Positions 26,051-38,466 are shown, counted from the first letter of the stretch. The stretch is 64,000 nt of DNA from Octopus vulgaris (GCA_951406725.2 OX597814.1:103726001-103790000), one strand, 5' to 3'. The notes: generated from the letters alone by a model not told the origin. Made by a program: numbers and translations.

Positions 26051-26077
26051 AAACAAAACTCCTGTTGAAGGAGTTTG

Positions 26078-26169
26078 CAGCGAGTTTGAAATAAATTATA
26101 CGCATATGTCTATAAACATGCATGTATGCATTTATGAACATATGAGAATAATCTATTTCAAACTCGCTG
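26078..26169. repeat. About 92-bp imperfect hairpin
   Basis: Arms CAGCGAGTTTGAAATAAATTAT / ATAATCTATTTCAAACTCGCTG (21/22), with further inner pairing CATATGT/ACATATG. Confidence 0.9.
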
Positions 26170-26988
26170 GCTTACCGATGAGTACGATGGATTAAAGTCA
26201 GTTGCACAAAATATTTTGGTACAAGAAGATAATTCTGTGAAATAACTTACAACTGTAACAAACTCTATAAATTTAGAACACAGATGTGTATTGAGCACTT
26301 CTAGGTTTTTGCCTAGAATACACAAACCACAAAATACTGTTCCTAACGTACTGCTACTTTATACAGAAAAAATGTGACAACCGGAAGAGGCAGCGGTTAA
26401 TTTTATGACTATTTTAAAATGTCTGTGATAGTAAAGTCTTTAAAACTTATTTATTAATATTCTTTGATTTTTGTTATTTTACACAGGCTTCCTCCCATTT
26501 GTAATTTCCGGAAGTTCATCCGAAATCTCCCGTGAATTATTTGAGACGAGAAAATGCTTTTTAGCGTTTTCAATCTGTATGGCACAACACATAAAAAACG
26601 CTACAGATACAAAAACACATCATAGCCATAGTATAGGCACAGCACACTGTAGTCTTGCACTTCGTCACGTTTCATAGCAACGATTTAACTGCAAAAATGG
26701 CAGTAAATTTCACTATTATTTCTTCATATATAACTTGGTTAATAAATCTACCTTTCCACGAAAATCATTGGAGTCGATTTTATTAGGCTTTTTGATACCA
26801 GACTTCCTTTGAAACATGCCACTTCTGTTAAAATACAATGCCTCAATTTTGAAAAAAATGACAGATTTAGTAAAATAAGTTTCTTATTATCAAGCTGGTA
26901 TTTTAGAAGTTGTAGAGAGGATTACTAAGTTCGTATTTGGAACGTAAATTTATCATGAAATTGTGATGGAATATTTTAATTTAGGTAA

Positions 26989-27365
26989 TCTCTCTCTATA
27001 TAAAGCTGAAGTTGTCTGTGTATGGCAGGTTTGGTAGCCTTCAACTAACACTATCTCCTCCGAGACCCTGCGGCGCAAGTTGACCAAAATTGAGAATATG
27101 ATAGAAGGCTTGCTCTTCCTTCCGTAGAAGAAAAATTCAAATCGGACCAAAAATTATTTACATTAAAAAGATGCTTTTTTCCTATGAAAATCCCTATTTT
27201 TTACGATTTTTTGACTGCTGTGTCGCCATTTTTCGGTGTATCTCAACTAGAAAAATGTTCACTTAAAGAGAATAACAAGCTACATAATGCAAAATTTTAA
27301 CTTTTCGAAAATTCCAATTCTAAAGGGTCGAAACAAACCCGAGCAACGCCGGGCGATACTGCTAG
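26989..27365 (+). mobile_element. Non-autonomous Helitron (377 bp)
   Basis: 5' TC after a host A, subterminal hairpin CCCGAGCAACGCCGGG (27338-27353), 3' CTAG followed by a host T; no TSD. Confidence 0.8.
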
Positions 27366-27557
27366 TTTTAATGAAAAAGTTTGTAGCATAGAACCAGAAG
27401 CGATCTCAGGTAGTTTGGTGGCAGAAGAGTTAAAGAATTTTGCTGGTTGTAATTCCTATTCAAAACTTTGGAGACTTTATATCGCTATCATTCCATTGCT
27501 AAATAAATGGAATTAGTAATACAAATCCTCAGTTGTTGAATTAAAAGGTAAGCAATA

Positions 27558-27700
27558 GGCGAAGGCGTGGCTGTGTGGTAAGAAATTTGCTTCCCAACCA
27601 CATAGTTCCGGGTTCAGTCCCCCTGCGTGGCAACTTGAACAAGTGTCTTCTACAACACCCTCGGGCCAACCAGAGCTTTGTGAGTAGATTTGGTAGACAG
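27558..27700 (+). mobile_element. SINE family A, 5' half
   Basis: Same head and CORE-like segment as 21451; ends in microsatellite. Confidence 0.85.
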
Positions 27701-27747
27701 TCTGTACACACACACACATATATCTTCTTCTTCTTCTTCTACATACA

Positions 27748-27850
<103 letters not shown>

Positions 27851-28194
27851 GTGAGGTCCTGTCTGCTTGCACCGCAAAGTGAAACTAAAACCAGACACCA
27901 TCTCTATGATTTTCTTTCTATGGCTCCCCTATTCTCTTCCGCCCCCTCTATATTCTCTGTATGTCTGCCTGTCTGTCTGTCAGCCATGCTACTTCAAACA
28001 GATTCTGTCTCTTTGTCCCGTAAAGTGAAACTAAAACCAGACGCAGTCTCTCGATGATTTTCTTTCTTCTCTGTCTATTTTCCCTTTCTTTCTTCTTTCT
28101 TTCTTTCTCTTCCTTTTTCCCGTTCACTCTCTCTCTCTTTCTCTCTTTGTCTCACTTTCTTTCTCTCTCTCTTTCCCTCACTAAAAGAACAACT

Positions 28195-28350
28195 CAATTG
28201 ACAGTGTTGTTGATGATCAGGATGTATTGTTAACTACCCCATTGAATTTTTGAACTCACCAGAACCACCAGGTACAGCTCCTCATTGTCTTCACCTGACA
28301 AAAAGGGATTCCTATTATGCTATTGCATAAATTGTCTCATCCAAGTTGGT
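28195..28350 (+). pseudogene. Helitron RepHel PIF1-like helicase fragment
   Basis: [37 protein letters not shown] matches the YPxEFLNSLxPPGxPPHxLxLKxGxPIMLLRNL helicase motif; frameshifted. Confidence 0.85.
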
Positions 28351-28424
28351 CGACCGTTAAGTTCCAAGATCACAGCTAAGGCTGGATTAAGGATCTGTGT
28401 TAGGGTTCCGTTATAGCAGGGATA

Positions 28425-28572
28425 ATATTAGAGGAAAAGTCAAAAACCAAGGCAGAACGAGTATCTCATTTAGAATAATTTAATTACGGTAAGAATTCAC
28501 TTTACCTGAATTAAATAAGTCTAAATTACTTGCGATACTCGTTCTGCCTTGGCTTTGATTTTTCCTCTAATA

Positions 28573-28573
<1 letters not shown>
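28425..28573. repeat. About 150-bp imperfect hairpin
   Basis: ATATTAGAGGAAAA...CCAAGGCAGAACGAGTATC...GGTAA / TTACC...GATACTCGTTCTGCCTTGG...TTTTCCTCTAATAT. Confidence 0.9.
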
Positions 28574-28645
<72 letters not shown>

Positions 28646-28664
28646 TGTGTGTGTGTGTGTGGTT

Positions 28665-28850
28665 ATCCTTCAACCACCGCTTGTTAGTTTGTTTACTTCT
28701 TCGTAACATAGCGGTTCGGCAAAAAAGTCCGATGGAATAAGTACGAGGCTTTAAAAAAAAAAGCACTTAGGTCGATTCATTCGTCAAAAAGTTTTCCAAG
28801 GAGATACTCCAGCATGGCCGCAGTCGAATCACTGAAACAAGTAATAAACA
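28665..28850 (+). mobile_element. SINE family A, 3' half
   Basis: AGCGGTTCGGCAAAAAAG...CTCCAGCATGGCCGCAGTC...CTGAAACAAGTAA. Confidence 0.8.
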
Positions 28851-29252
28851 TATAAAAAAAAAGACAGCTAACAATAGACCGAAAGGGTGATGCTGTACGG
28901 GTTAAAGAAGGCAGCAACGCTTCACAGTCGCCAACTCCTGAACAATATTCAACCCAGTTCTTCGCCTCCAACCAATTTACCAGATTTTTAAATGACTCAA
29001 ACTTGGCTAAAGTGCTTAAATGGGTTTTTGAGGGGGAGCCGTGGAAGGGGTTGGGGGGGGGGAGAATAATTCTTGTAGCGAGTTTTAGTATATGACTAAT
29101 AATTACATTTTGTAATGATTATGTTGTTTGTTTTTGGTTTTTAGTTTTGGTCATCTTGTTTGTATTCGCAACTAAATGGAGCGGAGAAATCAATATGGAG
29201 CGCTGGCCAAATTATCGAACAATACAACAAACTAACACTATATATATATATG

Positions 29253-29303
<51 letters not shown>

Positions 29304-29318
29304 ATATATATACGTATG

Positions 29319-29403
<85 letters not shown>

Positions 29404-29434
29404 GTATGTATATACATATATATATATATGTATA

Positions 29435-29875
29435 TATATATACCAATTAAGGACTGAACACGAAAAGTGGACAGTCAACATGCTAGATATAGACGTCAAA
29501 CTCCATGCACGCGATATTTCGGTATCGTGTTTGCATCTAGTCCAGCAAATTACATTTATAACGGACCATGCTGATGATGGCTGCAGTTTTCCTTGCGGAA
29601 AATAACAGCTGAAACTAATTAGTACATGGGTAATTATTTTATTTCGTATATTTTTCACTTGTTTATTGCTATGGTTTTGTGTTGAGTTTGATCTGAGAAC
29701 ATAATCTTTTGTGGTGAATGGCGATTTGACGTCTATATCTAGCATGTTGACTGTCCACTTTTCGTGTTCAGTCCTTAATTGGTATATATAAATATTTTAA
29801 TCTTCGGATTCTTTTTTAATATGCTAGACCACTGGTCTTAATTGATAAATATCAATTTCTACCCTTAATTAATTG
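29435..29875 (+). mobile_element. Truncated Penelope-like insertion: perfect 66-bp inverted repeats around a hammerhead
   Basis: Arms 29435-29500 and 29725-29790 are exact reverse complements; the spacer contains a hammerhead motif; the tail motif ATATGCTAGACCACTGGT...AATATCAATTTCT is shared with 61158-61211. Confidence 0.7.
29566..29629 (+). ncRNA. Type I hammerhead ribozyme motif with canonical core
   Basis: CCATG-CTGATGA-t-GGCTG..TTTTCC-ttgc-GGAAAA..CAGCT-GAAA-CTAATTAG-TA|CATGG: stem I CCATG/CATGG, palindromic stem III ACTAATTAGT, predicted GUA cleavage after 29624. Confidence 0.8.
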
Positions 29876-30550
29876 TATATATATATATGTATGTATATAT
29901 ATATATGTATGTATATATGTATGTATGTATATATGTATGTATGTATATATATGTATATATATATTTATGTATATGTATATATATGTATGTATATGTATTT
30001 ATGTCTGTCTGTCTGTATGTATGTATGTATGTATATAAAGGAAACCCTAATTCACTTCTGGTAAAACATTGCGATATTGAAATAAATAATTCATTAGAAA
30101 AAGGAACAATTGTTGGTGAGAGGGAAGGAGGGGAGGGACGCACAGACGCGTGTCTGACATCAGCTGTGAAATATGTGCGACTTCGGCGGAGTGAGTGGAG
30201 TTGATTGTTTCACACAAACATGGAATTGTTGCAATAAGAGCACGACTTTCAATAATGTTCGCTCTTCAAACACAAGAGGAAGAAATACCAATAACTGCGG
30301 AAGTAACGCATTCCAGAGATGATATCCGGTTGAAACATCCGTAATTATTAATGAATAACAACAGAATTGATAGAATAATGGACAAAATGTCTCGTAGTAT
30401 TTACATTCTGTGTTCGAACCCCACTGAAGCCAACGTTAGCTTTTTATCATTTCCCGGGCCGGCCAAATACTGGAAGACGCAAACGACTTGCCCCCTCCCC
30501 TTAAAATTGCTGGCTCCGGGCTAAAATTCAGAAATTGTTATTATTATTAT

Positions 30551-32305
30551 TCTTTTTATCTCAAGTTTTGTTGGAACTCTTGGATTCTAGCATGCGTAGC
30601 GGGCTTGCTGCCTGCAGCCTACGGTACCATGCTATCCGTTCTCTTCAACTATTTAATATTTTCCTTATTATTCTGGCCGTGTCAAAGAGGTAAATCTTTT
30701 GTAATAGTTCTACTGGGAACTCTATCCTAACTTCCTTTATAGTACCCTTAATGCCTTCTGTTACTGTTCCCAAGGACCCAACAATAATTGGCACTATCTT
30801 CGCCTTCCTCTTTTTCCATAGCCAAGCTATTTCGAACTTAAGAGGGTTGTATTTATCTATTGTTTCGCCTTCCATCTTGACTATTCGTGATTCAAAGGGG
30901 CACGCAGCATCAACTATATAGCACATGTGGTGCATCTTGTCGACCATCAACAGGTCTTGTCTGTTATGCTTTAATGCCTGATCTGTTTGGATTGGAAAAT
31001 CCCAGAGGATTTTGCTAGTCTCCGACTCTGCCACTCTCTGCAGTCTGTTCTCATACTACGTCTTGCCTCTCTTTAGTCCCTACTTTTCGCACAGTTTCCA
31101 ATGAAGCACTTTCGCTATCTTATCATGTCGCCAAAATGTGGTTTGGGGCAAGTTTAGGGCATTCGTTCGCGATACGGGCAATGGTTTCGTCCACTCTATC
31201 ACAGATACGGCACAGCGGAGGCACTTGTTCATTCCTAAGGTTGACCCTCCAATTCGTTGCCAAAGCTCGGTCTTGCGCTGCCAGTATAACACTTTCAGCC
31301 TCTTTTTTTTCCGTTTTCCTCTTTTTTTTAGCCCTACCCTACCTATGTTTTCCAGCAACTTCAATTGTGGTTGCATGGAATTGATTGTGCAGTCCTTGGT
31401 TGCGTAACGCTTCTTCATGTCCTTTTTGTTCTTTCTTTGTACTTTTTGTCCTTCTTCCGAGTTTATTGCCGGAATTATGTTTCTGGCATTCGGCTTTTCC
31501 CACTCGCCGCAGTTACACTTTCTTTATCTTTTCCTTCATGTCGTGGTGTTTGATCTCATCTTCCTCGAGTATTCCCAGGTATTTATAGCTGGATTGAGGT
31601 TGAATTGCCTTCATCATTTCACCACTTGGCAACCATATGCCTTCTGTCCTGACAAGATTTCCTCGTCTCATTACCGTCGTAGCACATCTTGAGAGTCCAA
31701 ACTCCATCTTAATATCATTGGAGAAAATCCGCACAGACTGAACTAAGCCGTCCAGTTCTGCTTCGCTTTTTGTGAACAACTTCAAGTCATCCATGAATAG
31801 CAAGCGGTTCAGTTTTCCCTTACCTCTTCCCAGGTCATACCCCAACTTTGTTTTCTGAAGTATTTCACTCAAGGGGATAATTCCCAGCACAATGATCAGC
31901 GGGGACACACTGTCCCCCTTTAAGATTCCTCTCTTGATTTTCTCCCCTTCCTAATACTTGCTTCCCTGCTTTCAATTCTTTTCTCCACTATTTCATAGTG
32001 TTCCATATAAGGCTTCACACGCTTTCTGCTACTCCATACGTTTCCGTTGTTCTTGTTATCCAGTAGTGTGGTATCATATCGCTTGCTTCACGATAATCAA
32101 TCCATTCCATGCTCAGGTTTGTGTGTCTTCTCTTGCAATTTCTGATAATTAGATTTCCAATAAAGAGCTGATCCTTCGTTCCCCGACTCCTTTTTCGACA
32201 CCCTCTATGGTCAATAAGTAACAACCCACTTTTTTTCTAAATAGCTATACAGTTCACCCACCAAAGCACCTGACAATAGTTTCCACGTTAGCAGAAGACA
32301 CGTTT
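30551..32305 (-). mobile_element. R4/Dong-like RLE LINE, 5'-truncated pseudogene (RT, CCHC, RLE)
   Basis: [15 protein letters not shown]; GDSVSPLIIVLGIIPLS...LLFMDDLKLF; WRHDKIAKVLHWKLC; ILWDFPIQTD..LKHNRQDL..IVDAACPFE...KYNPLKFEI; 3' end abuts (TAA)n. Confidence 0.93.
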
Positions 32306-32667
32306 TTAGTTGAAAGGTGGATGCAACGACTGCACAAATATTTCATGATCTGAAAGTTGTCCTAAATAAAATATCCTGTATTAGTTATTTAATGTATTTA
32401 CCGCCATTAGTCCACTTAACACTACAAGTGTAAACCATTTTCGAAAGTGGTTTTGAAAATTTCAAGTTATTTGCCAAGGTTAACAATGCAAGGTCAACAA
32501 CCGGCGGCCAAAACTGGGCCAAAATTCATCAAACAACAATGAATTGCTTACTTTATCCATTCGTTTACCGTCTCGTAACCCACACAGAAAACAATCGCTG
32601 ACAAAAATGCAGTTCTTTTTTTCTTTTTCTCTCTCTCTTCCTTCGTTTTCTCTCTCTCTTCCTTCGT

Positions 32668-32748
<81 letters not shown>

Positions 32749-33254
32749 TATGCACACACACACACTTGTTATTCATTAAATGTATTTCTGTTAACTTAAA
32801 TGAGTCAGCTTTCGGAATTTGTGAGTCACTCGCCTGTAGATTGCAACAAAGTACAATAGTCCCTTCGTTGGTCGATCATTAGAATGTAAAGCCCCGCGTT
32901 GGTTCCAGAGCCAACAACAGGAAAGGAAATTAATTGACAATGAGAAGGGAGGCTCGTGGAGTGCGGCTGGCGGAATAGAACCCTTCTATTTTTTCCCCAT
33001 CAATTATTTCCATTGTCTCCATAAACCTTTTTCAAAGTTAATAATGTAGATCTTTATTCGAAACAGTTGTCCCAAATGTAATTCCCTGGAACCTTTGCTA
33101 ACCAAACTCCTCACACCCTAAGCTTCAAAACAGTGCCACCCATTATAGACCTGATCTAAACCTCCCATTTCCAAAATATTTCAAACCATTAACTGGCAGA
33201 AGAGAAAGTTCGACAGGTATTGGTTTCAAAATATTGACACGAGGCCAGCAAATT

Positions 33255-33433
33255 CGGGGGAGGGGTAATTCAATTACATCGACCCTCAGTCCCTGACTAC
33301 TCCTCACTTTATCTGCCCCAAAAAGATGAAATGTTAAGTCGCCCTCCACGGAATTTGAATTCAGAACTCAAAGACGGACGAAAATCCACTCAGCATTTTG
33401 TCCGGCCTCCTAGCCATTCTGCCAGGTCGCCAC
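33255..33433 (-). mobile_element. SINE family B (old copy)
   Basis: GGAATTTGAATTCAGAAC...CATTCTGCCAGGTCGCC on +. Confidence 0.7.
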
Positions 33434-33987
33434 TATCCGCTCTCTACAGATATTAATGTTAGTCAAACTTTGGTATAATTCTTTTATGAAATATAGGTTT
33501 CTGGGTTCAATCCCCTCAAGCCACACCTTTGGCAGGTCTGTTCGAACCTAGCAATGGGTCGATCAAAGTTTTGTGAATCAAACATAAGAGAATTGTGTTC
33601 TCAGGGGTTAATGGTGGTGGGGGTCTATTATTGTCTGATAGACTTAATCCATCCTCCATACATACACACCTGCACCTGGATGTTGGGGGTCTTTTGAAAG
33701 CTCCCCCTATTGCAAGCTTTAAAATAAATTTTCGCTTTCTGGATAATCACCTGTCAGTTTTGGGAACCCAAGAAATTATAACAAACCCAGATCTTCCCTC
33801 AGCATCCATAATGGATGCCACTAACATGAGAGCCAGAATATTTTCCTGGTTTAATCACATTTGTCAGCTGTCCCTTCATTAACGTTACTGTTTATCCGTC
33901 ATTTCGATTGGCTTGATGTCAAAGGATCCAAGAGCTAGTCATCCAGCCGGCTATTTCGGATACATACATATATACATACATACATAC

Positions 33988-34389
<402 letters not shown>

Positions 34390-34414
34390 AAATACATACA
34401 TACATACATACGTG

Positions 34415-34484
<70 letters not shown>

Positions 34485-34485
34485 G

Positions 34486-35040
34486 GTTATGGGAGGAAAT
34501 AGTGTCAGTGAGGCCCAAAGGTGTCAGGTAATGGGGAATAAGTGCTATGGATAGACCATAGTTAAGTTCCATGTTCGGTGATTATGCGAATAAGGGGTCC
34601 AACGTAGGTCATGTATAAACTTGTATATATAAAAAATGTTTTTCATAATGAGATAAAAAAAACAAGGCTGTGTAGATTTTATAACATATATAACATATAC
34701 AGCTGTTTCAAGGATATTTATTATATCCCTTCATCGGAGACAGTGTGAGAGGATGGTTAAGCAATAGTTAATTTAGATAAGATACGAAATAGAGAGTGAG
34801 GTGAAGGAATGAAAATAGATGTGAGATATGCAGAGATATTGCATCTGTAGATCCATTATTTAGGCAGAATGGTATACATATAAGTTTCCAATACCTTATG
34901 AGTAAAATCCAACAGTATTTAAAATTGGTCATTCCAAGTATAGAGTTTATACACAATGCTACTGTAGGGAATGTATTAGTAAGGTCAAATCGAAAACAGG
35001 AAGAGAGGAATAAAGAAAAAGAAAGAAGAGAAAAGAAACA
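34486..35040. mobile_element. Penelope-like remnant with pseudo-LTR carrying a hammerhead-like motif (34698-34741, minus strand)
   Basis: 34690-34855 is the reverse-complement homologue of 38300-38490; flanking peptides YLTPLGLT (-) and NATVGNVLVRS (+) weakly resemble PLE ORF segments. Confidence 0.55.
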
Positions 35041-35047
35041 GAAAATG

Positions 35048-35179
<132 letters not shown>

Positions 35180-35313
35180 TACATACATACATATATATAG
35201 TAACAGAAAAGGAGGAATTTCGGTTATCCCCACGTGGTGAGTTGTAATATATATAAGAAATTAAAGAAGGAAAATGCAAACACTTTAAATAGTTTTAATA
35301 TAATTTTTAATTA

Positions 35314-35727
35314 GGCGTAGGAGTGGATGTGTGGTAAGTAGCATGCTTACTAACCACATGGTTCCGGGTTCAGTCCCACTGCGTGGCACCTTGGGCAAGT
35401 GTCTTCTACTATAGCCTCGGGCCGACCAAAGCCTTGTGAGTGGATTTGGTAGACGGAAACTGAAAGAAGCCCGTCGTATATATGTATATATGTATGTGTG
35501 TGTATGTGTTTGTGTGTCTGTGTTTGTCCCCCCAACATCGCTTGACAACCGATGCTGGTGTGTTTATGTCCCCGTAACTTAGCGGTTCGGCAAAAGAGAC
35601 CGATAGAATAAGTACTAGGCTTACAAAGAATAAGTCCTGGGGTCGATTTGCTCGACTAAAAGGTAGTGCTCAGCATGGCCACAGTCAAATGACTGAAACA
35701 AGTAAAAGAGTAAAAGAGTAAAGAGTA
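35314..35727 (+). mobile_element. SINE family A, full length, inserted into a PLE pseudo-LTR
   Basis: Young-looking copy with (AAAGAGTA)n tail; splits the inverted-repeat arm. Confidence 0.93.
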
Positions 35728-35733
35728 ATGAGT

Positions 35734-35768
35734 ATATCGACCGGTTTCGCTTTCGCTATTCATGATAT
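35734..35768 (-). ncRNA. Minimal type I hammerhead motif, A3-U8 core variant
   Basis: Minus strand ATATC-ATGAATA-GC-GAAA-GC-GAAA-CCG-GTC|GATAT. Confidence 0.65.
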
Positions 35769-35938
35769 TAAGATTTAATTATTTTAATACGTATTTTCTT
35801 ATGGCGAAATGTTTTGGTCCATGTATGTATGAGTGAATGATTCAAACACTAGAAAACTAAGGGGAGTTAATTGGTTATCGTTATTATTGTTACTACTGTG
35901 GGCAGGGGGAGATAGTTTTCGGTGGAGTTGGGGCGGAA

Positions 35939-36013
<75 letters not shown>

Positions 36014-36500
36014 TACAAAAAAATTCGAAAACTAGTTTATTGGGGAGATGTATGTACTGTGATGTAATCGTGAATTAAGATATGTAAAGAGATCAAAGTT
36101 GGTTATGCGTGCATACTTAGACACGTTCTGTATTTTTCAATGAAAAAAGTTTCTTTATTTAAATGTTCTTGTAGCGTAATTGTATCTTTGCACTGGTAGA
36201 AGGGGAAAAACTGTGAAATTTGGTTTAAAGTTACCTGCACATTTCCCTTAGAGGAATTTGTGTGTATTACGGGAAACACACCTGCTCTTTATGTAGAGTG
36301 GTTTTCCGTCTCAAAGTCTGTCCAATATAGTTGTGTCCGCAACCCGAGCAGGTTATTACATAAATTAGGATCTCAGAGGCACAAGTGAAACTGATTTCAA
36401 TTGTGAACCTCTCTCCTTGTTTGAAAAGGAAATCCGAGCCTTCAAGTAGGTTGGGGCATGTTCTTCTTAAGAAAATACGTATTTAAATAATTAAATCTTA

Positions 36501-36535
36501 ATATCATGAATAGCGAAAGCGAAACTGGTCGATAT
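36501..36535 (+). ncRNA. Minimal type I hammerhead motif, A3-U8 core variant (inverted copy)
   Basis: ATATC-ATGAATA-GC-GAAA-GC-GAAA-CTG-GTC|GATAT. Confidence 0.62.
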
Positions 36536-36576
36536 ATTAAAAATGATATAAAAATTATGTAAAGTGTGTGTAATTT

Positions 36577-36614
<38 letters not shown>

Positions 36615-38414
36615 AATATTGATAATAAGGAGAATGAAGAATTCGAACATTCAAAGTTTAAGCTTATTTCTAGTTAGTTCATTCATAATGTTTCGATCGC
36701 ACCAACTGCATGTTGTTGCGTATTCATGTGCAGCGATTTATGCATTATTAGAAAGCGTATAACTCACGAGAATTGAAACTAAAACTAAATCAACATCAAA
36801 AGAGAGTTCTCTTCATCAGCTGTTTTAAGTATTAAGTGCAGTTTCGGTTCATTACGACGGGATCACAACCATCAGATAGTGCCAGTAGCAACAAGGCAAA
36901 TGCTACTGATAGATTCCATAAAATGGTGACGGTGTGGACGGAATGGTTATTAATTGTTGTCGTTATCGTTTAATGTCTGACAAACTTTGATTTAGTAGAT
37001 CTTCAATCTAACCCGTCATAGCTATTATCATCCCGTCATTGATTCAGAAACAGTATCTCTAAATCTACGTTCATCTATGTGGGTTTCCATTTTAAAGACG
37101 GATGGGGGTGATGTGAGGAAGATATGTGTTGCTATTTCCGTTCATTCGATTGAGTCTGTAGAGGTTCCTTCATTGACTCAGGATTTGGTGCTGAACTAAC
37201 TATGTCTTTCCAAACAGAATCGAACATCCTAAACTCCATTAAACAACGACATAAATACAGTCATTATTCTAAAGAAGTTGGCTTTTAGAGGAGTAAGAAG
37301 TTACTAAAGTCATTTACTTGATTCGCTGACAAAAATATCTCAGTGGAAACGATATTCCTGTCCTAAATTTGTTCTTTTAATGAAGCGCCGTCGCTTTCCT
37401 CTTTGTTAAATGTCAAGGTTATACACGTGACACAGTCGTCTGCATTCGTCCAAAAGGAAGTGGAGGTCAAGGACACAGCGTCCAGCGTCTCCTTTCCGTA
37501 TAAACCAAGACATACTTCACCTAAAATTGTAAAGAACAACTGTCGACTAAGCCGATTCTCATTCCCTTTCACTGTTCCATCGATGCATGTATTGTGCAGC
37601 TAAATTCGCTGTGCCCTACTGGTTGGTCGCAAAAAGCAAGCCCTATTGGAGCAGTTTCGATTCGCACTCGAGCTGTGACTAATTTCGTATAGCCTTGTAT
37701 ATTTGCGTTTGAAACATTTGACATTCTCTCATTTGTAACATTTCCTTCCCATTCCTTTTCCCGACATGAAATGTAACCTAATTCTTCAGTAATGTGACCA
37801 CATCTTTATTATATTAATCCCACCCCCACCCCACACATCATTGTAAACGGAACTAAATAGATAAGACAATGAACTTTATCATTTGTGGCTATTTATATCG
37901 CAAACAATTAGGAATCGGCGCAAATTATTGTCTGTCAAAAGAGAGAACAATTGTGAGAAACAATAGCAAACTCGGGGAAATAGTTGCATGAATACATTCG
38001 TGGATCCTAACGTATTCCAAGTCAGACGAAGGTTTAGAACAATGAATGTCTACAGAATGTGTAAAAGTGTGGGACAAAATGGGTTGTGGCATATACTTAT
38101 CTTTACATTCTGAGATCGAATCCTACAGGATTGACAGTGTTTTTCATACCTCCTGAGTGGGTTACATAAATTTATTAAGATATCTGATAAATTCGAGGAT
38201 ATTCTCACTTTCCAATATGTGACCGTGTGTAAATGAATATATATATATATTGAGGTTATAAGAGGTAATGGTGTCATTGAGACCCCAAAAATGCCTAAAA
38301 TGTATCTACAACTTAAATATCCCTACATATCTCACATCTGCTTTCTTTCCTCCACCTCACTCTCTATTTTGTATCACATCTAAACTAACTATTGCTTAAC
38401 CATCCTCTCACACC

Positions 38415-38466
38415 GTCTCCGATGAAGGGATATAATTAATAAATATCCTGGAAACAGCTGTAAGAC
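38415..38466 (+). ncRNA. Type I hammerhead-like motif, U4C variant, in a PLE-like pseudo-LTR (about 38250-38500)
   Basis: GTCT-CCGATGA-a-GGGATAT..ATATCCT-g-GAAA-CAGCTG-TA|AGAC; palindromic stem III ACAGCTGT. Confidence 0.6.

Larger units (their letters stand above)
35275..36580 (-). mobile_element. Penelope-like element: GIY-YIG fragment (about 36110-36461) between inverted pseudo-LTRs
   Basis: TCPNLLEG...FTCASEILIYVITCSGCGHNYIGQTLRRKTTLHKEQ (GIY-YIG); inverted repeats 35733-35801 / 36468-36536, continuing at 35281-35311 / 36537-36568 across a SINE insertion. Confidence 0.9.

Noticed and set aside
27876-28068. Two approximately 45-bp direct repeats (AAAGTGAAACTAAAACCAGAC...) as LTRs or a CRISPR-like array
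   Set aside because: Only two diverged copies, with no TG..CA ends, PBS or TSD; probably a local duplication.
29435-29790. Interpretation as a DNA-transposon MITE, or as the giant stem II of a minus-strand hammerhead starting at CCGAAGA (29801-29807)
   Set aside because: No GAAA partner exists on the far side, sequence homology continues asymmetrically past the right arm, and the internal plus-strand hammerhead fits a PLE inversion better.
36680-36825. Minus-strand CTGATGA ... GAAAC pair
   Set aside because: The two are more than 110 nt apart with no credible stems and no GUH.
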